Source: an uncultured Chloroflexia bacterium (lineage in GTDB: Bacteria; Chloroflexota; Chloroflexia; Thermomicrobiales; UBA6265). Taken from it: a stretch of 64,000 nt of DNA. Shown here piece by piece: positions 57,972-64,000 of this stretch. Position numbers and translations under genes: made by a program. The stretch's first letter is position 1; each line of letters starts with the position of its first letter. Location of the stretch: positions 202,492 to 266,491 of the forward strand of contig CAVRUC010000005.1 in NCBI GenBank assembly GCA_963724295.1, given 5' to 3'. The notes under the pieces are model-generated. The model was not told where the DNA came from and made no database searches. It was given only the letters and a program-made list of their open reading frames with translations.

Positions 57972-59087
57972 CTAGGCGCCGAGGCGGTCGCGGATCGCCG
58001 TGAAGGCCGCGTGGCCCACGCTCACGAAGGTCGGCCCCACCGACGCCACACTGCCTGCCTCGTCATCGGACCAATTGAGGATGACCGCGAAATAGACCCA
58101 GCGCTGCGCCACGTACATGCCTCCGGCCGCTGAGAGCACGTGGTCCGAGAACGCGTCGAGGCTGCCCCCTTTGACAAAGGTATTGACCCCGAGCGGCAGA
58201 ATCTGGGCGATCTCGTCCTTCAACGAGAGCACTTCACGGAAGGCGACGAGCGTCTCGGGGTACTGGAATAGCTCGCCCGGCAGGGCGCGCGAGTAGAAGC
58301 TGACGAGCTCGTCTGCGGTACTGGCCATGGTGATCTCGTCATTGAGCGCGAAGCGCGGCGGGTATGGCGTGTTCTCCACGAGCGGCAGGAGCCGCTCCCA
58401 GGTGATGGTGCGCCAGTCGGGGTCGCCAAACACGTAGCCGACGTACTGCCGAGTGCTATCCGGAATTCGCGTCTGCCGTAGACCCAGGTCGGAAATGAGC
58501 CCACGCACCCGCTCGGGACCGACACGCTGCAGGAGCATGTCGGCGGCAGTGTCGTCGCTCTCGAGGATCATCGCTTGCAGCGCGGTGCGCGTCGTCACCT
58601 TGCCGGTGAGATTCGGGGGATTCAAGATGGGAGAGCCGAGCGTGAAGACGCTCTCGTCGAGCGCCAGTTCCTCCTGCATTTGCTCGCCCAGCTGAACGAA
58701 AAGCGGAGCCGAGGCCGTGGGATCCATGGTCTCCTCAGCTTGCCGGAGATACTCGGCCAGGACGAAGGCCTTGAAGGCGCTGGCGATAACGAGCTCGCGA
58801 TCGGCCATGGCGGAAGCCGACCATTCGGCACGGCCGGCATCCGGTGGCGCCCAGAACTTGAGGCCTTTCGTTCCCGGGAGCGCATCGAAAAGCTCGATAA
58901 CCTCGACGGCGAGGCCGTCCTGAGTCGGTTCCTCCCCGATCCCCGCCGTGGGCGTGGCATCCTGTGCTGCCACCGATCTCAGGGACGCGCCGCCGAGCCC
59001 GGCAGCCACGCCGAGACCGCCGGCACGCAGGGCGCCCCGGCGGGAGAGCTTTCGCGGCGTGAAGCTTTCTGACCGCCGGTTGATCAT
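57972..59087 (-). CDS. class A beta-lactamase-related serine hydrolase with Tat signal
   Basis: Motifs present: the twin-arginine SRRGALRAGG, SxxK (SAFK), an SDD (SDN-like) motif and a KGG (KTG-like) motif. Confidence 0.7.
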   Translation of the reverse strand: MINRRSESFTPRKLSRRGALRAGGLGVAAGLGGASLRSVAAQDATPTAGIGEEPTQDGLAVEVIELFDALPGTKGLKFWAPPDAGRAEWSASAMADRELVIASAFKAFVLAEYLRQAEETMDPTASAPLFVQLGEQMQEELALDESVFTLGSPILNPPNLTGKVTTRTALQAMILESDDTAADMLLQRVGPERVRGLISDLGLRQTRIPDSTRQYVGYVFGDPDWRTITWERLLPLVENTPYPPRFALNDEITMASTADELVSFYSRALPGELFQYPETLVAFREVLSLKDEIAQILPLGVNTFVKGGSLDAFSDHVLSAAGGMYVAQRWVYFAVILNWSDDEAGSVASVGPTFVSVGHAAFTAIRDRLGA

Positions 59088-59323
59088 GGGTTTGGCCCTC
59101 TCCTAACGGGACACGCTGAAGCTGCCCCAACACGCACTTAGACTGGTGCATCGCCTCGGTTCCCGAACTGTAGCGGATTCGGGGAGTCTGTCAACGGCAG
59201 CATCTGGCGCACAGCCGCGAAGACTGTCGTCGGTCCGGCATCGTCCTTGCGAGAGCCGGATTACCGCGCAGCGATCGGGCGACGGGACTGATCGAAGCGG
59301 TAACCGGTAATGTGGAGTAAGCG

Positions 59324-60793
59324 GTGACGACATTGCCACCACGTCTGGAAACGGGAATCCCGGGACTCGATGCAGTCCTCGGCGGTGGGCTGCCGGCCGG
59401 GCGGACCAGCCTCGTCGCCGGGCAACCGGGTACAGGGAAGACGACGCTCGGCAATCAGCTCGCCTATCACCATGCCGCCGCCGGTGGCCGAGCCGTGGTG
59501 GCCACCCTTCTCGCCGAGACCCACGACCTGATGTTGACCAATCTCGCCAGCTTTACCTTCTTCGACACCTCGCTTGTCGGTGAGCGGGTGACTTACCTCA
59601 ATCTCTTCGATGCCCTGGAGGAGGGGCTGGACGCGGTCAGCACCGCCATCCGGCGCGTGGTGCGAGAGACAGGGGCCTCATTGCTCATCGTCGACGGAGC
59701 CACCGTCATCGAGGATATCGCCCACTCTCCTCTTGCCCTGCGCCGCTTCGCGCAGCAATTGCACACCCAGGCCGCCGTCCTGGGCGCTACCACACTGCTG
59801 CTGACTGGTCACACTCGAGAGGAGCTCGGGGATCTCGGCGCCCACGTCGACGGCGTGATCGTGCTCGCCAACGAGCGGTTCGACTCCCGCCATGTCCGGC
59901 AGCTGGAGGTACTCAAGCTGCGCGGCGGTCCCCACGTGAGCGGCGCCCACGAGTTCACCATCAGCGAGATCGGTCTCACGGTCCACCCCCGCCTGGAGTC
60001 GGTGGCCGGCAAGCACCGCCCTCAAGAGGTGACCCGTGAGGGAGTTGGGCTCGGCACCGGTGTCGTTGCCCTCGATACCATGCTCGGCGGCGGGCTCCTG
60101 CCCTACTCCAGCACCCTGGTGATGGGCACTCCAGGCTCAGGTAAGACACTGCTCGGGCTCAGCTTCCTCATGGAAGGCGCCGTCCGCGGTGAACGCGGTC
60201 TCCTTGCCGGGTTCCATGAGACGGAGCCAGATCTGGTCACGACGGCGGCGAGGATTGGACTCGACCTGCGGGGAGCGATCGAGACCGGCCTGGTTCGTAT
60301 CCAGTGGGATCCCCCTCTGGAGCTCTCCGCCGATGCCTGGGCGTGGCGGCTCCTGGCGATCGTGGATGAACATCGCCCCGAGCGAGTTTTCATCGACGCC
60401 CTCACCGACATCCAACGGTTTTTTTCCTCCCCGCAACGGATGCCTACCTACTCAGCGGCCCTCACCAACGAGTTACGGGCGCGCGGGGCCACGGCCCTGA
60501 TAGCCACGGAGATCGATGCGTACGTCGACGATCAGTTGCTCGTGCCGGTGCCGGCCGCCTCGGCGACGATGGACAACGGCATCCTGCTGCGCCAGATCGA
60601 GCTGCGCTCGGCCCTACACCGCCTGGTGTCGGTCCTCAAGTCCCGTCAGATGGAGACCGATCCCACCATTCGCGGGTTCGTCATCTCGGACCAGGGCATC
60701 GTCGTCAATAGCCCATTTGCCGGCGCCACGTCCGGCCTGCTCACGGGTCGCGCCGTGCCGGCCGAGGCAACGACCGGAGCTGAGGCGCCGTGA
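59324..60793 (+). CDS. KaiC-like double RecA-fold ATPase
   Basis: It has two tandem domains, each with GIPGLD/ALDTMLGGGL and a Walker A motif (GQPGTGKTT; GTPGSGKTL). Confidence 0.85.
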   Translation: MTTLPPRLETGIPGLDAVLGGGLPAGRTSLVAGQPGTGKTTLGNQLAYHHAAAGGRAVVATLLAETHDLMLTNLASFTFFDTSLVGERVTYLNLFDALEEGLDAVSTAIRRVVRETGASLLIVDGATVIEDIAHSPLALRRFAQQLHTQAAVLGATTLLLTGHTREELGDLGAHVDGVIVLANERFDSRHVRQLEVLKLRGGPHVSGAHEFTISEIGLTVHPRLESVAGKHRPQEVTREGVGLGTGVVALDTMLGGGLLPYSSTLVMGTPGSGKTLLGLSFLMEGAVRGERGLLAGFHETEPDLVTTAARIGLDLRGAIETGLVRIQWDPPLELSADAWAWRLLAIVDEHRPERVFIDALTDIQRFFSSPQRMPTYSAALTNELRARGATALIATEIDAYVDDQLLVPVPAASATMDNGILLRQIELRSALHRLVSVLKSRQMETDPTIRGFVISDQGIVVNSPFAGATSGLLTGRAVPAEATTGAEAP

Positions 60794-61164
60794 AGACCGT
60801 CCTTGTCGTCGACGACGAACCGGTGCTGCGCGTTCTCATGCGAGAGATCCTGCAGGACGAGGGCTACGCCGTCATCGACGCGTCGGACGGCCAGGCCATG
60901 CTCGAGCTTCTGCAGGGCGTGCATCCCGATCTCGTGCTGATGGATGTGATGATGCCGGGTGTCGATGGACGGGAGGCCTACCAGGCACTGCGCTCACGGA
61001 TGGACATGCCGGATCTGCCGGTCGTCATGATGAGCGCCGCGGTCCAGCCCGGCAAGCTGGACCCATCAATTGCCGCCTTCCTGCGCAAGCCCTTTGATCT
61101 GACCGAGCTAGTCGATCTGGTGGCTCACCTGATCGGCCCCCCAGGCGAGGACGGTAAGGCCTAG
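60790..61164 (+). CDS. single-domain response regulator (CheY-like receiver)
   Basis: It carries VLVVDDEP, the phospho-acceptor context LVLMDVMMPG and the conserved K in LRKPF. It overlaps the KaiC-like stop by GTGA. Confidence 0.85.
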   Translation: MKTVLVVDDEPVLRVLMREILQDEGYAVIDASDGQAMLELLQGVHPDLVLMDVMMPGVDGREAYQALRSRMDMPDLPVVMMSAAVQPGKLDPSIAAFLRKPFDLTELVDLVAHLIGPPGEDGKA

Positions 61165-61509
61165 TCCACCAGCTCACGAGGCGATCGAGCACGAGGACCC
61201 CGGGCCAGCCGATTGCGAGTCTCGGTTGAATCCCTCGCGTTCGCAGCGGGCCCCGAGGTGGTCTCGGATTGATTGGTTGGGCCAACTCCGCGGTCCGCTC
61301 GTAGCGGCGATGATCTATCATCTGCGCGGCCTGAATCGTCATCCGGTGCCCATTCCGATGGGGCGGAGAGAAGCGTGAATGCGCCACCGGATGCTCGTCC
61401 CGACGGTCGAACCTGTGCCACATTGCTGGCGCCGCTGACCGAGGAAATCCAAATCTGCGCATGTCCGCTCTGCAACCCGTCCTCCATTCCGCACGAGGTG
61501 TAGTCTTGA

Positions 61510-62487
61510 ATGAAGAGCACGCGGTTGCCGCGCCTGAATCACCGATTCGCTGGGCTCGTCGCGATGCTCGCATCGATCGTCCTGCTCTCCATGCTGAATT
61601 CGGCGGCCGCCCAGACTCCTGCCGCGAAGGAGCCACTTCATGTGGTCGCGAGCTTCAGCGTCCTCGGCGACCTGGTTAAGGATGTCGGCGGTGATGCCGT
61701 GCAGGTCACGACGCTCATCGGTCCCGGGGTCGACGCCCATACCTACGATCCGGCCCCGGCGGATCTCGTCGTCCTGGAAGATGCCGATGTCGTCTTCGAG
61801 AACGGTCTCGGCTTCGAACCATGGCTCGATCGTTTCTTCGAGTCCACCCAACCCTCCGGCGCCCGGATCGTGGTCAGCGAAGGCATCACGCCGCGCACGA
61901 TCGACGATGATGAAACCGGGGAGAGCGCGCAGGAAGCCCAGGAGCATGGCGGAGTCGATCCGCACGTCTGGCACGACGTCGCCAACGCCATCGTCATGGT
62001 CGGCAACATCCGTGACGCGCTCGTGAGCGAAGATCCCGCGAATGCCGCCCACTACGAGGCGAACGCGACAGCGACCATTGCCCGTTTTGAGGCCCTGGAT
62101 GCATGGATCCGCCAGCAGGCCGCCACCCTGCCGGAAGATCGCCGCAAGCTCGTCACCTCTCATGACACCTTCGGCTACTTCGCCGCTGCCTACGACTTCG
62201 AGATCATTGGCACCGCGCTCGGCTCCCTCTCGACCGAGGCGGGCGATCCCTCCGCGCGTGACATTGGTCTGCTCGTTGAGGAGATCACGGCCACGGGTGT
62301 GCCGGCCATCTTTGCCGAGAACGTTGCCAACCCTGATCTCATGGCATCCATTGCCGCCGAAGCGGGAGTCGAGTTGGCGCCGACGCTTTACACCGATGCC
62401 CTGGGACCACCGGGCAGTCCCGGCGAAACCTACGAGGGCATGATGCGCAACAACGTAACAACCATCGTCGACGCGCTCACGGGCTAG
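61510..62487 (+). CDS. metal (Zn/Mn) ABC transporter substrate-binding protein, cluster A-I (ZnuA/TroA-like)
   Basis: It has a signal peptide, VLGDLVKDVGGD...GVDAHTYDP...DPHVWHD metal-ligand motifs and an acidic loop. No cognate permease or ATPase lies adjacent. Confidence 0.8.
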   Translation: MKSTRLPRLNHRFAGLVAMLASIVLLSMLNSAAAQTPAAKEPLHVVASFSVLGDLVKDVGGDAVQVTTLIGPGVDAHTYDPAPADLVVLEDADVVFENGLGFEPWLDRFFESTQPSGARIVVSEGITPRTIDDDETGESAQEAQEHGGVDPHVWHDVANAIVMVGNIRDALVSEDPANAAHYEANATATIARFEALDAWIRQQAATLPEDRRKLVTSHDTFGYFAAAYDFEIIGTALGSLSTEAGDPSARDIGLLVEEITATGVPAIFAENVANPDLMASIAAEAGVELAPTLYTDALGPPGSPGETYEGMMRNNVTTIVDALTG

Positions 62488-62635
62488 CCGATTATCGGGA
62501 TCGTTCAAGGCGCGGCATCTCCTCCCGACCTGGAGAGTTCACGGCTTGTCAAGCCATCAGGTTGGGGAGTCGCTCGTCGCGGACGCGGTACGCTGTCTTG
62601 CCGTCTGGCCGTCTCGTTGGGAAGGGCGCTGACTG

Positions 62636-63409
62636 GTGACGATCACGTTTGTGCACTTAAGCGATCTGCATCTCGCCCCGCCCGGACAGCTCCTTGCCGG
62701 CGTCGACTCCATGCGGCAAATGCGGGCCGTGCTGGATCGCATCAAACAGCTCGACGCGGCGCCCGCGTTCATCGTCGTCAGCGGCGACCTTGTTGATGAT
62801 GGCTCCGCCGAAAGTTACGCGGTCGTCAACGAGGTCTTGCAGGAGCTTGGCGCGCGAGCCACGCCGGTCCTCCTCGCGCTCGGCAACCACGACGACCGGG
62901 CGGCGTTCCGCCGCGTTGTCCTGGGAGAGGGGCGTTCGGACCCCCAGAGTCCGTACCACTACAGCCAGCTCATCGACGGGCTACGGGTGATCGTGCTCGA
63001 CTCGACGATTCCCGGTGACGTCGGCGGCGCGCTGGGAGCGACCCAACTCGCCTGGCTGGAGGCCCAACTCGCGGAACCTGTCCCGTGGGGAAACCTGATC
63101 GTGCTCCACCATCCCTGTCGGCTGGTCGCTCCGCCGCACCACTACCCGGCGTTCATCGTGCGTGAGGCGGCGGCCCTGGAAGAGATCGTGGCGCACCACC
63201 AGGACGTGGTCGTCGGGGTCCTGGCGGGTCATTCGCACCAGGCGAATAGCGCGCCTTTCGGGGGCACCCTGCACGTGACCGCGCCGGCGGTGCTGTGCCA
63301 GCTCGATTACTTCGCGGGCGAGCAATACGTTCCGATCCCCGGTGCGGGCTTCAATCTCTGCCAGATCGACGACGGTCAATTTGCCGTCCATCCGGTTCTG
63401 CTGACGTAA
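62636..63409 (+). CDS. metallophosphoesterase (CpdA-like)
   Basis: The calcineurin-like phosphoesterase motifs HLSDLHL, SGDLVDDG, GNHD and GHSH are present. Confidence 0.8.
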   Translation: MTITFVHLSDLHLAPPGQLLAGVDSMRQMRAVLDRIKQLDAAPAFIVVSGDLVDDGSAESYAVVNEVLQELGARATPVLLALGNHDDRAAFRRVVLGEGRSDPQSPYHYSQLIDGLRVIVLDSTIPGDVGGALGATQLAWLEAQLAEPVPWGNLIVLHHPCRLVAPPHHYPAFIVREAAALEEIVAHHQDVVVGVLAGHSHQANSAPFGGTLHVTAPAVLCQLDYFAGEQYVPIPGAGFNLCQIDDGQFAVHPVLLT

Positions 63410-63613
63410 GGGGGTGCCGGTCGCTACGCTCCCTCAGGGGGAGTCGCTGCGCTCAGGGGGTGCCGGCGGTTTCACCGCCTCAGGGGGTGTCGCCTCCGGC
63501 TCAGGGGGGAAGGACGACGAGGCGTACGACGCGGTCGTTCGTCGGTCTCCTTCGCCCCCTGAGTCCGCACAGCGGACGCCTCCCCCCGAGGGAGCGTAGC
63601 GACCGGCACCCCC
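63410..63613. repeat. long composite palindrome built from CTCAGGGGG units
   Basis: A perfect 26-bp inverted repeat pairs GGGGGTGCCGGTCGCTACGCTCCCTC (63410-63435) with its reverse complement at 63588-63613. The interior is imperfectly self-complementary, with four forward CTCAGGGGG units and further reverse CCCCCTGAG units extending to about 63670. Confidence 0.8.
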
Positions 63614-63804
63614 TGAAGCCGCTCTAGCGGCTGCCACCCCCTGAGCCCAGCGACTCCCCCTCCGTCCCTCCTTCACATTTCCGTGCCGCCTTCACGGCGT
63701 CTCCACATTGTGGCCGTACCGTTGAGGGTAGATGGCGGTCAGGTGCCGCCAGTGATACTGATTGGAGCACTCGCGTGCTCCCCGGCACATGAAAGGGCAG
63801 AACG

Positions 63805-64000
63805 ATGGATCCGATGTTGACCGACATGCCGATGCACTACGCGGGTGGAGGCTTCCCCTGGGGATTGCTGATCATCGGCGGCATCGTCTATTTCCTCTGG
63901 AGCAAAGGCGTGTTTGACGGCCGCGGACGCTTTGGCAACGGTGGGCGATTCGGCGGCTATGGCGCGGGCTACGGTTCGGCGCAGGGGCCCGAGGATCCCG
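63805..64000 (+). CDS. small membrane/Gly-rich protein, 3'-truncated by the window edge
   Basis: ATG 63805 opens MDPMLTDMPMHYAGGGFPWGLLIIGGIVYFLWSKGVFDGRGRFGNGG..., with one TM segment, and stays open to the window end. It is not in the ORF track. Confidence 0.4.
   Translation, partial: MDPMLTDMPMHYAGGGFPWGLLIIGGIVYFLWSKGVFDGRGRFGNGGRFGGYGAGYGSAQGPEDP

Noticed and set aside
63414-63599. 61-aa ORF inside the terminal palindrome
   Set aside because: It lies entirely within the CTCAGGGGG repeat mosaic and has a Gly/Ser/Pro repeat-derived translation. A mirror ORF exists on the other strand.

Overview
This is a 64-kb, high-GC (roughly two-thirds GC by eye, not computed), gene-dense bacterial chromosomal segment. 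The gene content and repeat families look Chloroflexota/Thermomicrobia-like; that placement is an inference, not a verified one.

The most notable region is nt 1-12225, an arginine/lysine-type amino-group-carrier-protein (LysW) cluster. Its gene order is argG, a T-box leader, two tandem ornithine-carbamoyltransferase paralogs, a 54-aa lysW (too short for the ORF track), a catalytically degenerate LysX-like ATP-grasp protein, lysK, two intact LysX/ArgX ligases, an embedded SAM methyltransferase, lysY, a repeat insertion, lysZ and lysJ. Most of these genes are joined by overlapping stop/start codons.

The T-box appears to act on translation. Its 3' arm is perfectly complementary to the Shine-Dalgarno sequence of the first OTC gene. 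Its candidate specifier codons are arginine codons.

The rest of the window is mostly housekeeping or accessory metabolism and envelope functions:
- Housekeeping: fumC, proS, a PduO-type adenosyltransferase, thrC-thrB, and ROK glucokinase.
- Oxidoreductases and sugar-acid enzymes: three LLM-class oxidoreductases and an enolase-superfamily/DapA-family pair.
- Transport and proteolysis: a 2x(ATPase+permease) ABC-2 operon, two HtrA-like proteases with an atypical LuxR regulator, and an orphan metal-binding ABC substrate protein.
- Envelope and membrane: a LysM/C39-like protein, NfeD-stomatin, a class-F-like sortase, and a beta-lactamase-like hydrolase.
- Regulation and stress: an ECF sigma factor next to an SDR-membrane fusion, a KaiC-like ATPase with a CheY-like receiver, two PRC-barrel/DUF2382 stress paralogs, and a secreted Gly/Asn/Ala-rich tandem-repeat protein.

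Several families of short palindromic intergenic repeats are scattered through the window, and one alpha/beta-hydrolase gene is frameshifted. No rRNA, tRNA, CRISPR array or intact transposase was recognised.
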